DNA of 21,220 nt, from contig JAVKHQ010000041.1 in NCBI GenBank assembly GCA_031459875.1, positions 1-21,220 of the forward strand, in the 5' to 3' direction. Below the pieces are notes generated by a model that was given only the letters and a program-made list of their open reading frames with translations, made no database searches and was not told the DNA's origin. Shown here one piece after another: positions 8,377 through 16,291 of the stretch. Position 1 is the stretch's first letter. The number at the start of each line of letters is the position of its first letter. The DNA comes from Candidatus Fervidifonticultor sextus. Its GTDB lineage: Bacteria; Sysuimicrobiota; Sysuimicrobiia; Sysuimicrobiales; Humicultoraceae. The position numbers and the translations under genes were made by a program.

Positions 8377-9623
8377 GCCTGCGCGGGGCGCCCACGCGGC
8401 TGCGGTCCGGCCGGCAGCGCATCCTGGGGTTCGTCCTGGCCGGCGGCCGCGGCGAGCGCCTGCAGCCCCTCACCCGTGAGCGCGGCAAGCCCGCCGTGCC
8501 CTTCGGCGGCAAGTACCGGATCATCGACTTCGTCCTCTCCAACTTCGTCAACTCGGGGATTCACGCCATCTACGCGCTGGTCCAGTACAAGGCCCAGTCG
8601 CTGATCGAGCACCTGCGGGTGGGATGGCGGTTTGGCGGGCTGCCCGATCACTTCGTCATCGCGGTGCCCCCGCAGATGCGCTGGGGCGAGACGTGGTACC
8701 GGGGGACCGCGGACGCCATCTACCAGAACCTCAACCTGCTGCGCGACTTCAACCCTGACATCGTGCTCATCTTCGGCGCCGACCACATCTACCGGATGGA
8801 TCTCGACCAGATGCTCGCCTTTCACCTGGAGCGCGACGCCCAGGTCACCGTGGCGGCGCTGCCTGTACCCATCGAGCAGGCCTCGGAGTTCGGGATCATC
8901 GAGGTCGACGCCGACGGCCGCATCGTCGGCTTCGAGGAGAAGCCCGATGCCCCCAAGGCCATGCGGTCGGATCCCACGAGGGCGCTGTCGTCCATGGGCA
9001 ACTACATCTTCAACCGGGACATCCTGGTCGAGGCTCTGATCGAGGACGCCCGGCGCAGCACCGACCACGACTTCGGCCGCACCATCATCCCCGAGCTGTA
9101 TCCCTACGCCGGGGTCTTCGCCTACAACTTCCTGGCCAACGAGGTGCCGGGGACCAAGGCCTACGAAGAACCGGGCTACTGGCGGGACGTGGGGACGCTG
9201 GCTGCCTACTGGCAGGCCCACATGGACCTGCTGGGCGCCACGCCGCTGTTCGACCTGGACAACCCCCAGTGGCCGATCCTCACCGCCCCCTATGCCGGCC
9301 CCGCGGCGCACATCATTGGCGGCGAGATCACCGACTCGCTGATCGGCGAGGGGTGCCACGTCCGAGACGCCACCATCCGGCGGTCGATTTTGGGCCGGGG
9401 TGTGAAGGTGGGGCCGGGGGCGGTCATCGAGGAGTCCGTCGTGATGGACCACACCATCGTCGGACGCGGAGCGCGCCTGCGGCGGGTCATCGCCGACCGT
9501 TTCAACGTCATCCCCGACGGCGATGTCATCGGCGTGGATCTGGCCCGCGACGCCCAGCGCTATACCGTAGACCCGTCCGGCATCGTGGTGCTGCCCCGGG
9601 GCCTGACCCGGTACGCGACATGA
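8373..9623 (+). CDS. glgC: Glucose-1-phosphate adenylyltransferase (ADP-glucose pyrophosphorylase)
   Basis: LAGGRGERL, KPAVPFGGKYRIIDF, WYRGTADA, GADHIY, FEEKP, SMGNYIF, HDFG, YWRDVGT and C-terminal beta-helix. GTGA overlap with the upstream gene. Confidence 0.96.
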   Translation: MSLRGAPTRLRSGRQRILGFVLAGGRGERLQPLTRERGKPAVPFGGKYRIIDFVLSNFVNSGIHAIYALVQYKAQSLIEHLRVGWRFGGLPDHFVIAVPPQMRWGETWYRGTADAIYQNLNLLRDFNPDIVLIFGADHIYRMDLDQMLAFHLERDAQVTVAALPVPIEQASEFGIIEVDADGRIVGFEEKPDAPKAMRSDPTRALSSMGNYIFNRDILVEALIEDARRSTDHDFGRTIIPELYPYAGVFAYNFLANEVPGTKAYEEPGYWRDVGTLAAYWQAHMDLLGATPLFDLDNPQWPILTAPYAGPAAHIIGGEITDSLIGEGCHVRDATIRRSILGRGVKVGPGAVIEESVVMDHTIVGRGARLRRVIADRFNVIPDGDVIGVDLARDAQRYTVDPSGIVVLPRGLTRYAT

Positions 9624-12052
9624 GCGGGCTGTTCTGCCTCCACGGCCACTTCTACCAGCCGTCCCGCGAGCACCCGTGGCTGGATGTGGTCGAGGTGGAC
9701 GATGCGGCCGCGCCCTTCCACGACTGGACCGACCGCATCACCGCCGAGTGCTACGCGCCCAACGCGGCGGCCCGGATCCTGGACGCGCGCGGCCGCATCG
9801 TCCGCATCGTGAACAACTACGAGGCCATCTCGTTCAATGTGGGACCGACGCTGGCTCGCTGGCTCCAGCGGCATGCCCCCGACGTCTACCAGCAGATCCT
9901 GCAGGCCGATCGGCGCAGCCTGGCCGCCCGCGGATACGGCAATGCCATCGCGCAGCCCTACGTCCACCTGATTCTGCCCCTGGCGTCGCGCCGCGACAAG
10001 CTGACCCAGGTGCGTTGGGGGATCGCGGATTTCACGTCCCGGTACGGCCGACCCCCCGACGGCATGTGGCTGCCCGAGACCGCTGCAGACACCGAGACGC
10101 TGGCCGCACTCGCCGAGTGCGGGATCGGGTTTGCGATCCTGGCCCCCCACCAGGCGGCGCGGGTGCGCCTGGCGCCGGCGGGTGAGTGGGTGGACGTCCT
10201 CCCCCACGCGCTGGATGCGACCCGGCCGTACGCTTGTCGGATCGGGCCGGACCTGCGCATCGCGCTGTTCTTCTACGACGGCGCCACGTCCCAGGAAATC
10301 GCCTTCGGCCGGCTGCTGGAGAGCGGTGAAGCCCTGGCCGGCCGGCTGCTGAGTCTGGTGGCCGACGCCGAGTTGTCCGGCGACCGGCTCGTGCACGTGG
10401 CCACCGACGGCGAGACCTACGGCCACCACCACCGCTTCGGGGAGATGGCGCTGGCCTACGCGGTGGAGGTCCTGCGGCGCCGCGCCGGAGCCCACCTGAC
10501 CAACTACGCCGCGTTCCTGGCCGACCACCCGCCCACGCACGAGGTCCAGATACACGAGCGCACGTCCTGGTCGTGCGCGCACGGTGTCGAGCGGTGGCGG
10601 GCCGACTGCGGCTGCCGGATGCGGCCCGACTGGCACCAGCGGTGGCGGGCGCCGCTGCGGGCTGCCCTGGACTGGCTCAAGGCCGAGGTCGACGACCTCT
10701 TCGAAGCGGACGGGGCCCAGGTCTTCCATGATCCCTGGGCCGCGCGCGACGGCTATATCCAGGTGGTCCTCGACCCCACCGAGGCCACCGTCGCCCGCTT
10801 CCTGGCCACCCACCTCCTGCGGCCGCGCGATCCCACCGTCCGGCCGCGAGCGCTGCGCCTGCTGGAGATGCAGCGCCACGCGATGATGATGTTCGCCTCC
10901 GACGGCTGGTTCTTCGACGAACTCTCGCGCCCCGAGCCCGTCCAGAACCTGCGGCACGCGGCGCGTGTCCTCCAGCTCGCCGCCCGGTGCGGCCGCGACC
11001 TGGAGGCGGCCTTCCTCGAACGGCTGCGCCCCGCAGAGAGCAACCTGCCCGCCTATCCCGACGGCGTGGCCGTCTACGACCGCCTGGTGCGGCCGGCGGT
11101 CGTCGATGCCAGCCGGGTCAGCGCGCACTACGCCATCACGGCGCTCTTCCAGGACTACCCCGACGACACCATGGTCTACACCTACCGGGTGAGCCGCCGG
11201 CACGCCCGGCGCGTGCCGCGCGGGGCCACCACGCTGCTCGTCGGACGCGCCGAGGTGACCGAGATCGCCACCGGGGACGCCGAGGTACTCTCCTACGCCG
11301 TCCTCCACTTCGGCGGGACCGACGTGCACTGCTGCGTCGCCAGCGGGTGGGACGACCAGGTGCACCTGGCGGCGGCTGAGACCCTGGCTGAGACCCACGA
11401 GGGCGGCACGGTGACCGAAGTGATCCGCCGCATGGACGAGGTGTTCGGCCGGCGCTTCTACACCATCCGCGATCTCTTCACCGAGGAACGCCGCCAGGTC
11501 CTCGCCCGCCTCTCGGAGGAGACCATCGCGCACCTGGAGTCGTCCTACCGCGCCCTCTACCAGGAGAGCCGGGGCCTCATGGAGACGCTGCGCGACGCCG
11601 ATGTTCCGCTGCCGCGCGAGTTCCTGATGGCCGCGGAGTTCATCCTGACGACCGATCTCCGCCGGGCGCTGGCGGCTCCGGGCGCACTGGGCGCCACCGC
11701 CTGGGACCTCGTCGGTGAGGCGCGCGCCTGGGGGCTCGACCTCCCAACCGCGGACCTGGAACGCCTGGTGCGCGCTCGCATCGAGCGCCGGTTGCAAGAC
11801 GCCGAGGGCCTGCTGGCTGCGGAGCACCTGCGGGAAGTCCTGCGAAGCCTGGACTTCGCCGCCGATGCCGGGGTCACGGTGAACCTGTGGCGGGCCCAAA
11901 ACCTGTTCCAGAGCCGGCTCGCTCCCCACCTGGCCGAGGCGGAGGGCGAGGTGCGGGACCTCCTGGAGCAGGTCGCCGACCGGCTCTACTTCAGCCTGGA
12001 AGCGCTCCGGGAGGCCGCATCCGGGAAGATCGGGGCGCCGCGGGGCGTCTAG
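9620..12052 (+). CDS. GH57 family glycoside hydrolase with DUF3536 domain
   Basis: HGHFYQP, ECYAPN, SFNVGPTL, WLPETA, ATDGETYGHH, SWSCAHGVERW, GWFFDE. True start is ATG 9620 (ATGA overlap with glgC), not 9269. Confidence 0.9.
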   Translation: MSGLFCLHGHFYQPSREHPWLDVVEVDDAAAPFHDWTDRITAECYAPNAAARILDARGRIVRIVNNYEAISFNVGPTLARWLQRHAPDVYQQILQADRRSLAARGYGNAIAQPYVHLILPLASRRDKLTQVRWGIADFTSRYGRPPDGMWLPETAADTETLAALAECGIGFAILAPHQAARVRLAPAGEWVDVLPHALDATRPYACRIGPDLRIALFFYDGATSQEIAFGRLLESGEALAGRLLSLVADAELSGDRLVHVATDGETYGHHHRFGEMALAYAVEVLRRRAGAHLTNYAAFLADHPPTHEVQIHERTSWSCAHGVERWRADCGCRMRPDWHQRWRAPLRAALDWLKAEVDDLFEADGAQVFHDPWAARDGYIQVVLDPTEATVARFLATHLLRPRDPTVRPRALRLLEMQRHAMMMFASDGWFFDELSRPEPVQNLRHAARVLQLAARCGRDLEAAFLERLRPAESNLPAYPDGVAVYDRLVRPAVVDASRVSAHYAITALFQDYPDDTMVYTYRVSRRHARRVPRGATTLLVGRAEVTEIATGDAEVLSYAVLHFGGTDVHCCVASGWDDQVHLAAAETLAETHEGGTVTEVIRRMDEVFGRRFYTIRDLFTEERRQVLARLSEETIAHLESSYRALYQESRGLMETLRDADVPLPREFLMAAEFILTTDLRRALAAPGALGATAWDLVGEARAWGLDLPTADLERLVRARIERRLQDAEGLLAAEHLREVLRSLDFAADAGVTVNLWRAQNLFQSRLAPHLAEAEGEVRDLLEQVADRLYFSLEALREAASGKIGAPRGV

Positions 12053-12084
12053 GAAAGAGCAGCGCTTGACGCGGAGGTGCGACG

Positions 12085-12318
12085 ATGGCGAAGTCGGTGA
12101 TCGTCTACTCGCAGCCGGGCTGACTGTTCTGCGGCCGGGTGAAGGAGTTCCTTCGCCAGCAAGGCATCGCGTTTGTGGAGAAGGACGTGAGCGCCGACGA
12201 TCAGGCCTTAGACGAACTCACCCGGATGGGGTTCTCGGCCACGCCGGTCACGGTCATTGAGGGCGAAGCGGTGGTGGGCTTCAACAAGGCCAGGCTGGAG
12301 CAGTTGCTGGGGGCCTGA
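12085..12318 (+). CDS. Glutaredoxin/NrdH-like selenoprotein (UxxC), 77 aa, in-frame TGA at 12121-12123 read as selenocysteine
   Basis: GGAGGTG SD at 12073-12079. Translation: MAKSVIVYSQPG-U-LFCGRVKEFLRQQGIAFVEKDVSADDQALDELTRMGFSATPVTVIEGEAVVGFNKARLEQLLGA. Complete Grx pattern on both sides of the TGA (cis-Pro TPV, VVGF), with the TGA at the first Cys of CxxC. Confidence 0.88.
12124..12166 (+). promoter_or_regulatory. Candidate bacterial SECIS element
   Basis: Stem GGTGAAGG (12138-12145) / CCTTCGCC (12150-12157), 8 bp with one U-G, closes loop AGTT. The loop starts 22 nt after the TGA, with G at loop position 2 followed by U. A weaker lower stem is possible (TGC 12130-12132 / GCA 12159-12161). 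Confidence 0.7.
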
Positions 12319-12324
12319 GACCGC

Positions 12325-12747
12325 ATGCGCAAATCAACCCTGGATGAGATGCGTGAGATCCTCACCATGGCCAGGACGATTGCCGTGGTCGGCCTGTCCG
12401 ACAACCCTGAGCGGCCTGCCTACGAGGTCGCCAGTTACCTCAAAGACCAAGGCTACCGAATCATCCCGGTGAACCCGACCATCACCGAAGCCCTGGGTGA
12501 GAAGGCCTTCCCGAACCTGCGGTCGATCCCCGACCCGGTGGATGTCGTGCAGATCTTCCGCCGGCCTGACGAGGTGCCCTCCATCGTCGAGGACGCCATC
12601 GCCATCGGCGCCAGGGCGGTGTGGATGCAACTGGGGATCGCCCACGAAGAGGCCGCATCCCGCGCCCGCGCCGCGGGCCTGAAGGTGGTCATGGACGCCT
12701 GCATGGCCACGACCCACCATGCCCTGCGATCGAGAGGGGTGGTTTAG
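12325..12747 (+). CDS. CoA-binding protein (YccU-like, CoA_binding_2)
   Basis: TIAVVGLSDNPERPAYEVASYL, GYRIIPVNP, VDVVQIFR, AVWMQLGI, AGLKVVMDAC. Confidence 0.93.
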   Translation: MRKSTLDEMREILTMARTIAVVGLSDNPERPAYEVASYLKDQGYRIIPVNPTITEALGEKAFPNLRSIPDPVDVVQIFRRPDEVPSIVEDAIAIGARAVWMQLGIAHEEAASRARAAGLKVVMDACMATTHHALRSRGVV

Positions 12748-12880
12748 ATGTTGGGCGGCGCCTCCGGCCTGCAAGGCGCCGTGTTGGACTTGAGCGAGAA
12801 TCTACACGCGGTATTGCTTCTTCTGGGTCAAAGTGATCGCCGCCATGGTCACAGGGCGACAAATTCGCTGACCGGTTGAG
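12748..12880 (-). mobile_element. Degenerate IS remnant (ISNCY/IS1202- or IS481-like): end motif plus truncated transposase N-terminus with a premature stop
   Basis: From ATG 12846 the minus strand reads MAAITLTQKKQYRV*ILAQVQHGALQAGGAAQHL, resembling the HTH N-terminus of such transposases. Upstream GGCGACAAATTCGCTGACCGGTTGA (+, 12855-12879) resembles their repeated end motif. Recognised from memory. Confidence 0.45.
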
Positions 12881-13076
12881 GCTCGGCTTGGCTTCCTTCT
12901 GGAACGGCCAAGTGCACCGATCCGCAGCGGTGTCGGTAGCTCACTACGAGCCACCCCGCTTCCACAGGAATGCCGCCCAGACCCCTTTGTTCTCTGTCGC
13001 CGCCTGCACAAAGCCCAAGAGCACTTTATGGCTTGCCAGGCACGGGCGGGCACCAGATCCGCAGGAAAATCGCCCG

Positions 13077-13090
13077 TTGGTCCGAACCAA
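13077..13090. promoter_or_regulatory. Palindromic operator candidate TTGGT-N4-ACCAA upstream of the TRAP operon
   Basis: Perfect 5-bp arms about 55 nt upstream of the dctP start. Half-sites resemble GntR/FadR-subfamily boxes. Confidence 0.35.
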
Positions 13091-13143
13091 TTGTGCAAAT
13101 CTGTAAGACCCTGGGCTCTGCCATCTGATCCTCAGGGGGTGCG

Positions 13144-14244
13144 ATGATAATGCGCAAAACGTGCCTGATTTCGTTCCTGGTTCTCATCACTACGTCGGCA
13201 CTGCTCCTCCCTCAGCCGGCCGCTGGGGCACCGATGGACCTGGCTCCTGCGCTCGGCCCTGGCCCTAAAGTGAGCTTCCAGCTGGTCGCCCAGTCGGTCC
13301 CTACCAACCTCCAGTACACGCTTGTCGAGAAGCGCTTTGCGGAAGAGATCGCAAGGCGCAGCAACGGCCGTGTGGAGGTGAAGCTGGCCACCTGGGCAGA
13401 ACTAGGCCTCACGGGATTCGAGATCCTGCGGCTCACCCGCCAGGGCCAGGTCGAGGTCGGCGGGGCGCCGTTCACCAACCTGGCGGGCGACGTGCCGCTG
13501 CTGGACATCGTCGACCTGCCCGGATTGAATCCAACGATGCCGCAAGCGCGGAAGGTGCTGGATGCCACCACCCAGGAGATCAACAGGGCGCTCGCGCTGC
13601 TGGACGTCAAGCTGATCGGGAGCTGGCCGTTTCCCGCCAATGTCTTCTTCTGCCGTGTTCCGATCCGCGGGCTTGAGGATCTCCGCGGCAAGCGTATTCG
13701 CACTTTCGGCCCTGCTCTACCCGACTTAGTGCGAGCCCTGGGCGGACAGTCCGTCACGGTGGCATTTCCCGAGCTATACACCGCGACCGAACGCGGGGTG
13801 ATCGACTGCCTGATCACCGGCACTGCGAGTGGCAACCTGCTCAAACTCTACGAAGTCGCGACTCACATTTACTCTCTCCCGGTCACCTGGAGCACGAGCG
13901 GCTACTTCGTCAACCTCCGATGGTGGACCGGCCTGCAGCCGGAGGTGCGTCGGTTCCTGGAGGAGTCCTTCAAGCAGATCACGACCGAGCAGTGGGCCCT
14001 GGGCGAACGCCTTACGCAGGATGGGATCGACTGCAACACTGGTAGCGCCACCTGCCAGTATGGGACGCGCGCCACCCGGCCGATGGTGGAGGTCAAACCC
14101 ACCGACGAGGCCAAGACGACCCTGCGGCGCATTCTAGGCGAGGTCGTCATTCCAGCGTGGGTGCGACGGTGTGGCGAACGCTGCGGTTCGATCTACAACC
14201 GGGTCGTCGCCCCGATCACGAACGTGCCCTACGCGCCACGCTAG
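13144..14244 (+). CDS. dctP: TRAP transporter substrate-binding protein
   Basis: Signal peptide, FAEEIARRSNGRVEV, LEDLRGKRIRTFG, ALGGQSVTVAFPELYTATERGVIDC. AGGGGG SD. Start may be 13144 or 13150. Confidence 0.92.
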   Translation: MIMRKTCLISFLVLITTSALLLPQPAAGAPMDLAPALGPGPKVSFQLVAQSVPTNLQYTLVEKRFAEEIARRSNGRVEVKLATWAELGLTGFEILRLTRQGQVEVGGAPFTNLAGDVPLLDIVDLPGLNPTMPQARKVLDATTQEINRALALLDVKLIGSWPFPANVFFCRVPIRGLEDLRGKRIRTFGPALPDLVRALGGQSVTVAFPELYTATERGVIDCLITGTASGNLLKLYEVATHIYSLPVTWSTSGYFVNLRWWTGLQPEVRRFLEESFKQITTEQWALGERLTQDGIDCNTGSATCQYGTRATRPMVEVKPTDEAKTTLRRILGEVVIPAWVRRCGERCGSIYNRVVAPITNVPYAPR

Positions 14245-14270
14245 CCCCCTCCCGACGGAGCCCGGTTCAA

Positions 14271-14879
14271 GTGGTATTGACTGAGCGACCGAAGGGTTGG
14301 CTGGCACGGGTGGGCGCAGCGATGAACGACCTCGCAGGTGCAGGCTACCTGCTAGGAGCGCTCTTCATCAGTTTCGACGTCGTTGCGCGGCGCTTCTTCG
14401 GATTCACGTCCCGGGGCACTGTCGAGATCAGCGGCTATCTCTACGCCTTTGGGCTGACGTGGGCGCTCACCCACACCCTGGTAACCCGAGGGCACATCCG
14501 GGTGGACTTCCTCGTCATGCGCCTACCGCTCCGGTTGCGCGCGTATCTGCACTTCGCGGCTGCGACCTTCATGTCCGGTTTCGCAATTCTGCTCTCATGG
14601 AGAGCCTGGGACATCGTCCTGCAGTCCTGGCTACTGGGGGCCCGCGACACCAGCGCGCTCTCTATCCCGCTTGCCATCCCACAGGGACTATGGGCCGCCG
14701 GTCTGACGGTGTTCGCAGTCGCGACGGTGTTCATACTCATTGAGGCGCTGGCGCTCCTCTTGCAGAGTAACCCGGCGGCTGTGGACCGGCTGCTGAGGTC
14801 GCCGACTCTGGAAGAGGACACTGAGGCGGCACGCGAGGCAGCCGGAACATCACCCTCTACGATCACGGCACAGATATGA
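14271..14879 (+). CDS. dctQ: TRAP transporter small permease
   Basis: Four hydrophobic segments, DVVARRFF, EISGYL, GHIRVDFL, PLAIPQ. Start taken as GTG 14271 after GGAG (uncertain). Confidence 0.88.
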   Translation: MVLTERPKGWLARVGAAMNDLAGAGYLLGALFISFDVVARRFFGFTSRGTVEISGYLYAFGLTWALTHTLVTRGHIRVDFLVMRLPLRLRAYLHFAAATFMSGFAILLSWRAWDIVLQSWLLGARDTSALSIPLAIPQGLWAAGLTVFAVATVFILIEALALLLQSNPAAVDRLLRSPTLEEDTEAAREAAGTSPSTITAQI

Positions 14880-14895
14880 GGACGCGCCAGGGCCC

Positions 14896-16269
14896 GTGAT
14901 TGCGATCATCTTCCTGGGAGTGCTGCTGCTTGTCGTGGTCGCTATGGCGGCCACGGGATCCATGCCCTCGGTCAGCGTCGCCGAACTCGTGGTCATCTCG
15001 GTGACCTTCGGCGTGTTCTTCTTGACCGGAATCTACGTGGCTGCGGCCCTGGGCGCCCTCGGCCTAGTCACCAGCGTGGCGTTCGCGACCCGACCGGTCC
15101 ACCTGTTCTTTGGACAGATCGCCTGGAACGCGAGCACTAACTTCCTGCTGGTCGCTGTCCCACTGTTTATCCTGATGGGCGAGGTTATGTTGCGCTCCGG
15201 CGTGTCAGACCGCCTCTACCGGGCACTCAACGTGTGGGTCGGCCGCTTACCCGGCGGGCTGCTGCACACGAACGTCGTCAGCTCGGCCGTCTTCTCGGCG
15301 GTGTCAGGCTCCAGCATTGCTACCGCCGCAACCATCGGATCGGTGGCACTCCCCTACTTTGAGCGGACAGCATATCCTCCGCGAGCGGTCCTCGGCTCCT
15401 TGGCCGCTGGCGGAGCGTTGGGGAATCTGATCCCACCAGGGATCGCTTTCATTATCTACGCCCTGCTAACGGAGACCTCAGTCGGCAAGCTATACGCGGC
15501 CGGCTTTGTGGCGGGGGGTATTGTCTCGGCGCTGTTCGTCTTATATATCCTCATCCACGGTCTGGCTGCGCGGTGGCGCCCTCAGGAAGGCCTGGTGAGG
15601 TGGGCGGAACGGCTCACCAGCTTGGGAGATATCGCGCCGATTGCCTTTCTGATGTTCCTCGTGCTGGGGACGATCTACGTTGGGATCGCGACCCCTACCG
15701 AGGCCGCGGCCCTGGGGGTCGTGGGGGCACTGGTGTTGGCGACAGCAGGCCGCCGGCTCACCCTGTCGATGCTGGTCGCCGCAATGCGAGCTACCGCGCG
15801 CACCACCAGCATGATCGGGTTCATCACGGTGAGCGCATTCGTGCTTAACTTTGCGCTCAGTAGTATCCGCCTACCCCAGATGCTCGCGTCATCGGTTGTG
15901 GGACTGCCGCTCGCGCCAGCTGCAGTCATGGGCGTCATCCTCGCCTTGTACTTTGTCGTCGGAACCTTCATGGACGCCTTCGCGCTCATGATCACGACCC
16001 TCCCCGTGGTCTTTCCCATCGTCACCGCGATCGGCTATGATCCCATCTGGTTCGGGGTGGTCTCGGTGATGCTCGTAGAGATCGGGCTCATCAGCCCGCC
16101 CGATGGCGCCGTCATGTACGTCCTCCAAGGGCTCCGCCCGCGTCCGGGGCCCATCACTGACGTCTACTGGGGTGTGTTGCCGTTTCTACTCCTCTACCTA
16201 GCGGGTCTGGGGCTCATCGTCGCCTTTCCGGAGCTCATTCTATGGCTTCCCAGGCGTCTCGTCTCGTAG
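14896..16269 (+). CDS. dctM: TRAP transporter large permease
   Basis: LVAVPLFILMGE, GRLPGGL, FSAVSGSSIATAATIG, GGALGNLIPPGI, GIATPTEAAALG, GYDPIWFG, EIGLISPP. Confidence 0.95.
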   Translation: MIAIIFLGVLLLVVVAMAATGSMPSVSVAELVVISVTFGVFFLTGIYVAAALGALGLVTSVAFATRPVHLFFGQIAWNASTNFLLVAVPLFILMGEVMLRSGVSDRLYRALNVWVGRLPGGLLHTNVVSSAVFSAVSGSSIATAATIGSVALPYFERTAYPPRAVLGSLAAGGALGNLIPPGIAFIIYALLTETSVGKLYAAGFVAGGIVSALFVLYILIHGLAARWRPQEGLVRWAERLTSLGDIAPIAFLMFLVLGTIYVGIATPTEAAALGVVGALVLATAGRRLTLSMLVAAMRATARTTSMIGFITVSAFVLNFALSSIRLPQMLASSVVGLPLAPAAVMGVILALYFVVGTFMDAFALMITTLPVVFPIVTAIGYDPIWFGVVSVMLVEIGLISPPDGAVMYVLQGLRPRPGPITDVYWGVLPFLLLYLAGLGLIVAFPELILWLPRRLVS

Positions 16270-16291
16270 CCGCAGCGACGGAGGGCCGCCG

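Noticed and set aside
67..11929. Long alternative-frame and antisense ORFs in the track (e.g. 67-2028 -, 1858-3360 +, 4687-6483 -, 8211-9452 -, 9560-11929 -)
   Set aside because: Shadow ORFs of motif-bearing genes in high-GC DNA; no recognisable domains.
12085..12318. Glutaredoxin as a nonsense pseudogene
   Set aside because: The stop is TGA exactly at the catalytic Cys, the rest is intact and a SECIS-like hairpin follows. Not fully excluded, since TGC to TGA is one change and no sel genes are visible in the window.
12316..12360. Second UGA readthrough fusing Grx to the in-frame CoA-binding protein
   Set aside because: The TGA falls at the natural Grx C-terminus, not at a Cys position, and only weak pairing follows.
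12066..12472. Track ORFs 12066-12260, 12201-12404 and 12257-12472
   Set aside because: Off-frame or antisense to the Sec-glutaredoxin and CoA-binding genes, which explain the interval.
12756..12790. CGGCGCCT/AGGCGCCG hairpin as intrinsic terminator
   Set aside because: 10-nt loop, no real U-tract, and it lies inside the putative IS remnant.
13048..13063. Sigma-54 promoter GGGCAC-N6-CGCA
   Set aside because: GG-N10-GC spacing fits, but the leading T and the TT of TTGC are missing; expected by chance at this GC.
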